Part shown: positions 1 to 6,143 of the stretch, piece by piece
How positions within the stretch are numbered: position 1 is the stretch's first letter
How the letters are laid out: each line of letters begins with the position of its first letter
From: a virus
Taxonomy: Duplodnaviria; Caudoviricetes
IMG/VR virus record: IMGVR_UViG_3300010400_000025
Coordinates: 1-50,607 of that record
Strand: one strand, 5' to 3'
Length of the DNA stretch: 50,607 nucleotides
The notes under the pieces: generated by a model
Databases searched by the model: none
Told to the model about the DNA's origin: nothing
The model's input: only the letters and a program-made list of their open reading frames with translations
Translations under genes and position numbers: made by a program

Positions 1-1057
1 CGAAGCTGGCGGCGACGAAGCTGGTCGTGGCGATCTGCGCCGTGTTGGTGCCTGGCGGCGCCACGGGCGCCGTCGGCGTGCCGCTGAAGGCCGGACTGTC
101 CTTCGGCGCCAACAGCGCGTCGTTGGCCTTGACGAAGGCCGTGGTGGCGATCTGGATCGAATTGTCGCCGAGCGCAGGCGTCGGTGCCGTCGGAACGCCC
201 GTCAGCGCCGGGTTGTTGACCGGCGCGAAGAAACTCGAGTTCAGCCCGTCGAGCAGATCGGCGTCGAGGCCGGAGCCGACGCCATCGACGGTCTTGATCT
301 TGGTGAGCACATCGGCGGCGGTGTAGGCGGAAGCGGCCACAACGGGCTGCCAAGCGCCGTTGAGGCGCCCGTAGGACGTTCCGTTCGACGGCGCGTCGGG
401 TGTCATCGCGTTGGCGATGCCCTGCGCCCTGTCAGCCTCGGATTGGGCTCGATTCGCCTCCGTGGTGGCGGTCGCGGCGCTCGCCGAAGCGCTCGATGCG
501 CTGCCAGCGGCGGCTACTTTCGAGGAGTCGGCGGCGGTTGCCGACGCTGCGGCGGCATTTTTGGAGGTCGTGGCCGACGCGGCATCGGCTGCGGCACTCG
601 TTTCACTGGCCTTGGCGTTTGTTTCGCTGATTTTGGCCGCTGCCGCAGCATCGGTTGCCTCCTGGATGGGCGGATCGAAGTCGACGACTAGATTCCAGCA
701 TTGATTGGCCAGATCGGTCGCGAAAACGGTCGAAACGTGCTGCAAAATGCACTGGTAGAGCTTGTTGCCGTACCACACAGACTGCGGCGGCTTGTACTGG
801 ATGCCGGAAACCCACGGAGTGGGCGGCAGGACGCCGAGCGCCATGCCTGGATCGAGGCTCTCGGGCGTGACGATGCCGTTCTGGAGCTTGCCGTCGTCCC
901 TGCGAATGTCCGCCAGGGCGTCGATCGTGCCGTTCAGCGAGTTGGCGATGTTGTTGTTCTCGACGTCGACGCGGACGCCGGGAAGTGGCCGGGTCGGATT
1001 GGTGGTCTGGTAGCCAGCAAAGCTGAACGATGGCGTGTATTTCGTCGGGTTCGCCAT
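1..1057 (-). CDS. Tail fibre protein, N-terminal part (runs off position 1)
   Basis: Translated by hand from ATG 1057: MANPTKYTPSFSFAGYQTTNPTRPLPGVRVD..., an Ala/Ser-rich coiled stretch, GSGLDADLLDG and repeated 'P.LTG.PTAPT...IATTAFV' fibre units. Absent from the ORF track because it has no stop in the window. Confidence 0.9.
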   Translation of the reverse strand, partial: MANPTKYTPSFSFAGYQTTNPTRPLPGVRVDVENNNIANSLNGTIDALADIRRDDGKLQNGIVTPESLDPGMALGVLPPTPWVSGIQYKPPQSVWYGNKLYQCILQHVSTVFATDLANQCWNLVVDFDPPIQEATDAAAAAKISETNAKASETSAAADAASATTSKNAAAASATAADSSKVAAAGSASSASASAATATTEANRAQSEADRAQGIANAMTPDAPSNGTSYGRLNGAWQPVVAASAYTAADVLTKIKTVDGVGSGLDADLLDGLNSSFFAPVNNPALTGVPTAPTPALGDNSIQIATTAFVKANDALLAPKDSPAFSGTPTAPVAPPGTNTAQIATTSFVAASF

Positions 1058-1061
1058 GAGC

Positions 1062-1382
1062 TTACGGCACCGTGTTGTCGATGATGAGCCCGATCAATTC
1101 GAGCGAGGCGAGCAGGTTCTGCAACGCCGTTCCCGTGGAGATTTCGCCGGTCACCTCGATCGGCACGCCGGGTGGCGTGGGCGAGTCCGGCGCCGACGTC
1201 GGCAGCAGCACACCGTCGGCACGGAAGGCGACCTGGATGAACTCGATTGTTGCGGTGAGGCTGGCCGAGAGATTGGCGAGGTCGTTGTCGAGCGGCGTGC
1301 CGGGGAAGCTCTCAGTCCCTTGGAGGGACTGCTGATAGGCGGTGTAGTCGAATGAGATTTCCGGCAAGGGCGGATAGGCCAT
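1062..1382 (-). CDS. Small virion protein paralogous to the tail-fibre N-terminal anchor (106 aa)
   Basis: GGAGG RBS upstream of ATG 1382. MAYPPLPEISFDYTAYQ...FPGTPLDNDLANLSASLTATI...RADGVL aligns by eye with the fibre N-terminus. Confidence 0.8.
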   Translation of the reverse strand: MAYPPLPEISFDYTAYQQSLQGTESFPGTPLDNDLANLSASLTATIEFIQVAFRADGVLLPTSAPDSPTPPGVPIEVTGEISTGTALQNLLASLELIGLIIDNTVP

Positions 1383-1432
1383 GCGCAACCTCCGCGAGTT
1401 GAGCAGACATACGCCGGACATACATTTTCAGC

Positions 1433-1463
1433 AAGAAAAAACCCCGACGCTCGCGCCGGGGTT
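1433..1463 (-). terminator. Rho-independent terminator after the 78-aa gene
   Basis: Minus strand AACCCCGGCG-CGAG-CGTCGGGGTT followed by TTTTCTT. Confidence 0.8.
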
Positions 1464-1469
1464 CCTTTT

Positions 1470-1706
1470 CTACTCAGCTGCCGCAGCAACTGGTGCCGGT
1501 TGGCGTGACGACCGCTTTGGCTTGGCCTGCTTAGCAGGCGGCTCGATCGGCGTGAAGTCCTTGATCGCCTTGGAGTAGCCGTCGATCCAGTGGCGTGCGC
1601 CCGCCGGGGTCGAGAAGCTCTTGAGCTTCCGGTTGTCAACGGTACGGACTTCGTATCGCGTTACCTTGACAGGCACAATCTTGACGCCACGATGTTTAAT
1701 CGTCAT
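1470..1706 (-). CDS. Hypothetical basic protein (78 aa) in its own transcription unit
   Basis: GGAG RBS, own promoter and terminator, 'SFSTPAGARHWID' beta/alpha motif. Confidence 0.8.
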   Translation of the reverse strand: MTIKHRGVKIVPVKVTRYEVRTVDNRKLKSFSTPAGARHWIDGYSKAIKDFTPIEPPAKQAKPKRSSRQPAPVAAAAE

Positions 1707-1779
1707 AAGTCGTTCTCCACTCTTTTTAAGAACACTCGATGGTTACAGCCGTCGAGAGGCCGGAGCCCGGCCTGTTGCC

Positions 1780-1808
1780 ATTATAGCACACATTGTGCAA
1801 TATTGCAA
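1780..1808 (-). promoter_or_regulatory. Sigma70-type promoter TTGCAA-17-TATAAT with extended -10 TG, inside an imperfect palindrome
   Basis: -35 at 1808-1803, -10 at 1785-1780. Flanked by an 11-bp inverted repeat CGGCCTGTTGC (1768-1778) / GCAACAGGCCG (1805-1815). Confidence 0.85.
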
Positions 1809-1823
1809 CAGGCCGATTTCCGG

Positions 1824-2003
1824 CTATTTGTTCTTGGGGTGGACTTGACGCTCCATATGGTCGACCAGCCAAGGACGTATGTCCCTGCGGTCCCCGGCCC
1901 AGCCGAGCCCGCGCATGTTGGCGTCGTCGGGCTCCGGCGGCAGACACAGCTGTGGCTGGATCAGCCAGCGCCAAAAACGCCACAGGCGTTTTTGCACGCT
2001 CAT
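1824..2003 (-). CDS. Hypothetical protein (59 aa)
   Basis: ATGA overlap with the upstream small ORF; MSVQKRLWRFWRWL... Confidence 0.5.
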   Translation of the reverse strand: MSVQKRLWRFWRWLIQPQLCLPPEPDDANMRGLGWAGDRRDIRPWLVDHMERQVHPKNK

Positions 2004-2089
2004 CGCATCCACACGAACCAGATCGCCGGACCGACGATGATCAGCCCGACGAGCACGCCGAGCAGGAACGGCGCGATGTAGGGCCTCAC
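2000..2089 (-). CDS. Small single-pass membrane protein (29 aa)
   Basis: GTGA and ATGA overlaps on both sides; hydrophobic run IAPFLLGVLVGLIIVGPAIWFVW. Confidence 0.5.
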   Translation of the reverse strand: MRPYIAPFLLGVLVGLIIVGPAIWFVWMR

Positions 2090-2457
2090 GGCCTGGCACG
2101 CGAATGACGGCCAGGCTTCTTGAGCAGCTGCACCGCCTCTTCGTAGACCGTGAACTCGCTCGGCGGGAGATCGTCGGCCTCGGTCGGCCCGCCCCACGCT
2201 TCGCGGGGTTGCAGCACGCCGCTGTCATCAGCGGCATCGACGACGTCGATGTCGGCCTGCGGCGCCGGGGTTGCGGGGGGCGCAGTGGGCAGCGCCGCAG
2301 ACCGTGAAGGCTTTTCAACGTCGGCGGGCGATGCGGTCGGCCCGACGGCGTCGAGACGCGCCTTCAGTTCCCACCATTGCGGCAGCGAGGGGGCTTTGCC
2401 AGCAAGGGTGGAATCGAACGTGGCGAACCACGCTTTGAACTCTTCGAAGGTGAGCAT
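2086..2457 (-). CDS. Hypothetical phage protein (123 aa)
   Basis: MLTFEEFKAWFATFD...PSLPQWWELKARLDAV N-terminus with a Pro/Ala/acidic tail. Confidence 0.65.
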   Translation of the reverse strand: MLTFEEFKAWFATFDSTLAGKAPSLPQWWELKARLDAVGPTASPADVEKPSRSAALPTAPPATPAPQADIDVVDAADDSGVLQPREAWGGPTEADDLPPSEFTVYEEAVQLLKKPGRHSRARP

Positions 2458-2638
2458 GACGTGATCACTGTACCACCACAGGGTGGCGCTGTCACGACAG
2501 ACGCGTGACATGCCAGTACTCTTGTATGGCATACAAGGTTTTCGCGAAGCGAAATTTTGTACGCGCAGGGAGCTACCGCCACGCCTCGCGCGCCGGACTG
2601 CACGCCAGGGGGCGGGCCTGGGTGCGGACGCGCGCGCC

Positions 2639-2687
2639 GCGCACGCATTGCGTGCACAGCCGAAGGCTGTGCACGCAAGGCGTGCGC
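2639..2687. repeat. Long palindrome 1 (23-bp arms, one mismatch, C-GAA-G loop)
   Basis: GCGCACGC-A-TTGCGTGCACAGCC GAA GGCTGTGCACGCAA-G-GCGTGCGC. Confidence 0.95.
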
Positions 2688-2732
2688 TATGCGAAGCGTA
2701 GAATCCTGAGCAGATTGTAAAACCATCCACGA

Positions 2733-2745
2733 TATCAATGGCTTA
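2733..2745 (+). promoter_or_regulatory. IHF consensus site
   Basis: TATCAATGGCTTA matches WATCAA-N4-TTR. Confidence 0.6.
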
Positions 2746-2798
2746 GCGCTCGAGCCGGGTCCCGCTTGGGTCGGATCGCGCACACCTGGCGCGGGGAC

Positions 2799-2843
2799 GC
2801 GCGCAGCGCCTGCACAGCCGGAGGCTGTGCAGGCGCTGCGCGC
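2799..2843. repeat. Long palindrome 2 (perfect 21-bp arms, C-GGA-G loop)
   Basis: GCGCGCAGCGCCTGCACAGCC GGA GGCTGTGCAGGCGCTGCGCGC. Confidence 0.95.
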
Positions 2844-2978
2844 TGCGCATGCCAAACCGAATCGATTCGGCGCCGCGCGGCGCCCGCTCGGCGCCGAGCC
2901 GGTCGGCGCGCCGATTCAAGCTGTTTTTGCTGCTATCATTTCGCTATGTATGCCGCAACGCTTGGCAGTTTTGCGCGA

Positions 2979-2991
2979 TAAGCCTTTGATT
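2979..2991 (-). promoter_or_regulatory. IHF consensus site, inverted relative to 2733
   Basis: Minus strand AATCAAAGGCTTA matches WATCAA-N4-TTR. Confidence 0.6.
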
Positions 2992-3087
2992 TCATTGCGA
3001 AATAAAAATAATCAAAAAAGCGCTTGCATTTTGTCCTGAATTTCTATCCCTGTATGTCACACAACAAACAACGAAGGACATACGGAA

Positions 3088-3858
3088 ATGACGACTCCCG
3101 AATTCAAATCGCCGACCATTCGCGCAGGCGGCAACGCTAAAACCATCAAGGGCGATAAGCGCGGCGATTATCAAACCGCGATCATGTATCTTGCGCCTGC
3201 CAGGATGGCAGGCGGCGCCAATATTTGCCCGATGGCGCAACTCGCGGGTTGCGATCCGACCCATGGTGGCGGCTGCCTAGTCAACGAAGGGCGCGCCCGT
3301 CTCATGTCGAGCATAAACATTGCGCGCATTGCCAAGACTCGCCGCTATCTCGACAACCGCGCGGCGTTTATCGCCGAGCTTGTCCGCGATCTAGAGCGTT
3401 TCGTCCGGCATACCGCACGCCATGGCGTGAAAGCAGCTGTGCGCCTTAACGGTACATCGGATATCCAATGGGAAGTAGCTCACCCGTGCGAACGCAATGG
3501 CAAGCGGTTTGCTTCGTTGTTCGAAGCTTTTCCCGAAGTCACGTTCTATGACTATACGAAGATTTACAAGCGCGCTTATCGCGCTTTGCCGAGCAACTAT
3601 TCGCTGACTCTGTCCTACAGCGAAGCAAACCAAGGCTATGCCGATGCGATCATGAAAGCGCATAGCGATACCGGGCTTAACGTGGCTGTCGTTTACCGCA
3701 CCAAAGCTTTGCGCAACGCCATGGTGATTAACGGCAATTTCCCGACCATCGATGGCGATCAAACCGACATGCGGTTTCTAGACCCGAAGGGAGTCATTGT
3801 TGGGCTCTATGCCAAGGGAACAAGCAAGCGCGACACAACCGGCTTTGTCATCGGCTAA
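3088..3858 (+). CDS. GP88-family phage protein (three conserved Cys, possible Fe-S/radical-SAM-like fold)
   Basis: CPMAQLAGCDPTHGGGCL, VRLNGTSDIQWE, FYDYTK, DGDQTDMRFLD and GVIVGLYAKG motifs; AAGGA RBS. Confidence 0.75.
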   Translation: MTTPEFKSPTIRAGGNAKTIKGDKRGDYQTAIMYLAPARMAGGANICPMAQLAGCDPTHGGGCLVNEGRARLMSSINIARIAKTRRYLDNRAAFIAELVRDLERFVRHTARHGVKAAVRLNGTSDIQWEVAHPCERNGKRFASLFEAFPEVTFYDYTKIYKRAYRALPSNYSLTLSYSEANQGYADAIMKAHSDTGLNVAVVYRTKALRNAMVINGNFPTIDGDQTDMRFLDPKGVIVGLYAKGTSKRDTTGFVIG

Positions 3859-3914
3859 GCAGCGTTTCGGTTTGGCGCGGTGGCGCGCGCCTTTCCGAAG
3901 CTCTGGAAAGCTTC
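3859..3914 (+). repeat. Early-region stem-loop junction repeat, copy 1
   Basis: GCAGCGTTTCGG-TTT-GGCGCG[GTGGCG]CGCGCC-T-TTCCGAAGCTCTGGAAAGCTTC. Confidence 0.95.
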
Positions 3915-3937
3915 GTTAACCCTTGAAAGGAAATGCC

Positions 3938-4474
3938 ATGATGTTTTTGAACCAAATTTGTGTTGTTCCCGCTGCATGGTCGACCGCTTGCGGTTTCGGC
4001 GATGCCGAGTTGCGCTTGCGCGTGATCTCAATTCGCAAGGCCAATGGCTGGACGTTCGCCAAAGTCGAGCACCCTAGCGGCTTCGGCGAGTGGATGGTTA
4101 ACGTTGAAATGCGTGACGCAACGTTGCTGACTGTCAACGTTGCCACAGCCGAAGATTTGGCCGCGCTGCGCAGCTACGCCATCGAATTCGGCCCTAAGTG
4201 GAAGGATAGCCTTGCGCTCGACTGGTACCACGCGCGCGCCCATGGCAAACGCGGCGCGATCCTGCACGGCGTGCGCAACAATTTCGGCCCGTCATGGCTT
4301 GACGCCTTCGAATTCGCCGACCCGATCGCCTGGCCGAACCTGCGCAAAGAAAAAACCCCCATGCTGCGCAACATGCGCGTGGCGCTGTCGCTGCACAGCT
4401 GGAACAATTCCGACGAGGAAAATATCCGCCTCGGCGCGGTCAAGCGCGAGCTTCACCGTCGCGGGACCTGGTAG
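3938..4474 (+). CDS. Hypothetical early protein (178 aa)
   Basis: GAAAGGA RBS; FGPKWKDSLALDW...GAILHGVRNNFGPSWL block. Confidence 0.8.
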   Translation: MMFLNQICVVPAAWSTACGFGDAELRLRVISIRKANGWTFAKVEHPSGFGEWMVNVEMRDATLLTVNVATAEDLAALRSYAIEFGPKWKDSLALDWYHARAHGKRGAILHGVRNNFGPSWLDAFEFADPIAWPNLRKEKTPMLRNMRVALSLHSWNNSDEENIRLGAVKRELHRRGTW

Positions 4475-4477
4475 CGC

Positions 4478-4535
4478 GCAGCGCTTCGGTTAGGGCGCGC
4501 CTCGGCGCGCCACTTCCGAAGCTCTGGAAAGCTTC
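4478..4535 (+). repeat. Early-region stem-loop junction repeat, copy 2
   Basis: GCAGCGCTTCGG-TTAG-GGCGCGC[CTCG]GCGCGCC-AC-TTCCGAAGCTCTGGAAAGCTTC. Confidence 0.95.
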
Positions 4536-4556
4536 GCAACACAAGGAAAAACGCCA

Positions 4557-4793
4557 ATGCTCACCACCATCGACTCCCGCGTGTGCGCCACGCTCGCCGA
4601 GCTACAAGAAACGCTCGACCATTTCGCTGCGCTCGCGCAGCGCCACCCGTCGACCGTCTACCTGGTCGAAGGCCTGACCCTGCAGCTGGTCGAAAAGACG
4701 CTGACCGACGGTTCCACCGTGTTTGACATCCGCCTCGGCGCTGCGCCCGACGCTGACACTTGCCCCGTGTGCGGCCTGGAGCACAGCGCATGA
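4557..4793 (+). CDS. Hypothetical early protein (78 aa)
   Basis: AAGGA RBS after repeat 2; 'EKTLTDGSTVFDIRL' motif and C-terminal CPVC. Confidence 0.75.
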   Translation: MLTTIDSRVCATLAELQETLDHFAALAQRHPSTVYLVEGLTLQLVEKTLTDGSTVFDIRLGAAPDADTCPVCGLEHSA

Positions 4794-5035
4794 GCACGCA
4801 AAAGCCGTTCGAAGTGCACGTCAAGCGCTACCGCGATCAACACGCCTGGACCGTGTCCGAGCACCGTTCGATCATGGCCGCGATGACGTCGCTGCGCTCC
4901 ACCATATCGGGCCGCAAGCACCGCCTGCGCGACCTAGAGCAGGCGCACATATGGTGCGCTCGCGACAACCGCAACTATTCACTGCACCGCGCCGCCGAGC
5001 TTCACGCCGAAGGCTATTTCGAGGGAATCAACTGA
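4790..5035 (+). CDS. Hypothetical early protein (81 aa)
   Basis: ATGA overlap; MSTQKPFEVHV... Confidence 0.7.
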   Translation: MSTQKPFEVHVKRYRDQHAWTVSEHRSIMAAMTSLRSTISGRKHRLRDLEQAHIWCARDNRNYSLHRAAELHAEGYFEGIN

Positions 5036-5262
5036 TGAGCACCACACTGCAACCCGGCGACCGCGTGCGCTACGCTCGCGCCTTCCTGCGCAACGTCCAT
5101 TGCCGCGATCCGCAACGCCTCACGCGCCGCGCCACCGTCGTGGCGATCGAGCCCGAGCTTCGGCCCAGAGGGCCGCGCCCTGTGGTCGTGCAATGGGACG
5201 ACGCCGATGGCGCGCGCCGCGTGCTGTCCTGCAACCTGGAGCGATTGACAACCCACCTGTGA
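5035..5262 (+). CDS. Small SH3/KOW-like protein (75 aa)
   Basis: TGATG overlap; LQPGDRVRY...VVVQWDD...NLERL pattern. Confidence 0.7.
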   Translation: MSTTLQPGDRVRYARAFLRNVHCRDPQRLTRRATVVAIEPELRPRGPRPVVVQWDDADGARRVLSCNLERLTTHL

Positions 5263-5275
5263 ACGTGTGACATAC
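5245..5275 (+). promoter_or_regulatory. Putative promoter: perfect TTGACA with a GTGACATAC box over the -10 position
   Basis: TTGACA 5245-5250, GTGACATAC 5267-5275, AAAGGAG RBS downstream. Confidence 0.55.
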
Positions 5276-5310
5276 ACACCAACCGCAACGCTCTTGAAAG
5301 GAGCCCTCTC

Positions 5311-5520
5311 ATGTCCTGGAAGCCCGAAGTGTTCGTCGACCGCAAGTGGAACCGCAACGGCCTGGTGTTCGCCACCGAAGCCGAAGCCCGCGCCAACGCG
5401 AGCGATCTCATGGATCGCTGGTTTGCGGTCGACGACAGCCGCGCCGTCGAAGTCGACGAGCCCGTTACCCACACCTACACCGATCGCCGCCTGGCGGCGA
5501 TCGAGCGCGAACACGCCTAG
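5311..5520 (+). CDS. Hypothetical early protein (69 aa)
   Basis: AAAGGAG RBS; MSWKPEV...NGLVFATEAEA...DLMDRW. Confidence 0.8.
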   Translation: MSWKPEVFVDRKWNRNGLVFATEAEARANASDLMDRWFAVDDSRAVEVDEPVTHTYTDRRLAAIEREHA

Positions 5521-5573
5521 CAGCGTTTCGGTTTGGCGCCTTCGGGCGCCCTTCCGAAGCTCTGGAAAGCTTC
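5520..5573 (+). repeat. Early-region stem-loop junction repeat, copy 3
   Basis: GCAGCGTTTCGG-TTT-GGCGCC[TTCG]GGCGCC-C-TTCCGAAGCTCTGGAAAGCTTC. Confidence 0.95.
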
Positions 5574-5596
5574 TCAACCCGCGAAAGGAAATGCCA

Positions 5597-5833
5597 ATGA
5601 CCGTTATCAACCAGCCTGCCCCCTACGCCGTCCTGATCAACGCAACCTACGGGCCGACCGGCGAAACCTCGACCACCCGCTTCGGCAACTACCCGAGCGA
5701 GCGGGAAGCCCTGGCCGCGATCCGCGACAACGAGGACTATTGCACCAAGCACCGCATCAACACCCACAAGCGCGCCTACCGGCTGTTCAAGGCCGAGTGG
5801 ACTGAGTTGTTCGTCGGCGAGGTGACCGCATGA
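5597..5833 (+). CDS. Hypothetical early protein (78 aa)
   Basis: GAAAGGA RBS after repeat 3; MTVINQPAPYAV... Confidence 0.75.
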   Translation: MTVINQPAPYAVLINATYGPTGETSTTRFGNYPSEREALAAIRDNEDYCTKHRINTHKRAYRLFKAEWTELFVGEVTA

Positions 5834-5934
5834 TGCTCGCACTAGGCGTGAGCGTGTTCGTCACGCTCGCGCTGATCCAACTACCCTTCGCGCTGCTGCG
5901 CGAAGTCGAGCGCCGAACGCGGCGCCGCAAATGA
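5830..5934 (+). CDS. Small membrane peptide (34 aa)
   Basis: ATGA overlap; MMLALGVSVFVTLALIQLPFALLREVERRTRRRK ends just before the terminator. Confidence 0.6.
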   Translation: MMLALGVSVFVTLALIQLPFALLREVERRTRRRK

Positions 5935-5935
5935 G

Positions 5936-5961
5936 AGGGGGCTTCGGCCCCCTTTTCTTTT
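5936..5961 (+). terminator. Rho-independent terminator closing the early region
   Basis: AGGGGGC-TTCG-GCCCCCT followed by TTTCTTTT. Confidence 0.9.
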
Positions 5962-5988
5962 GCCTGCTGTCGGCGTCGTGTCTGACGC

Positions 5989-6140
5989 TGCCTCACCTTG
6001 GGCGGAAATAATTCGGTCGTTAGTGCCATTGGTCTGCCCCACCACACCATTGTACCCCCTTCGGGGGGATACAAGGTGAGGCAGGGCGCAGACCTTGCGC
6101 CTCGCCCCACCTTTGCCCCACCTTGGCAAGGTGGGGCAAA
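5989..6140. repeat. Iteron-like GCCYCACCTT repeats and palindromes; candidate replication origin
   Basis: TGCCTCACCTTG 5989-6000 / CAAGGTGAGGCA 6072-6083; GCCCCACCTT 6104-6113; perfect TTTGCCCCACCTTG-G-CAAGGTGGGGCAAA 6112-6140; CCCCC-TTCG-GGGGG 6055-6068. Confidence 0.6.
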
Positions 6141-6143
6141 CCG

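Noticed and set aside
2799-2843. Protelomerase (telRL) site of a linear plasmid prophage
   Set aside because: No protelomerase or partition genes recognised; the recombinase has ordinary integrase motifs.
2364-3039. Short Ala/Arg/Cys-rich ORFs across the control region
   Set aside because: They are by-products of GC-rich palindromes, with no RBS and no protein-like composition.
3859-5573. Early-region repeats as a CRISPR array
   Set aside because: The intervals are about 560 and 980 nt and contain whole genes; there is no cas operon.
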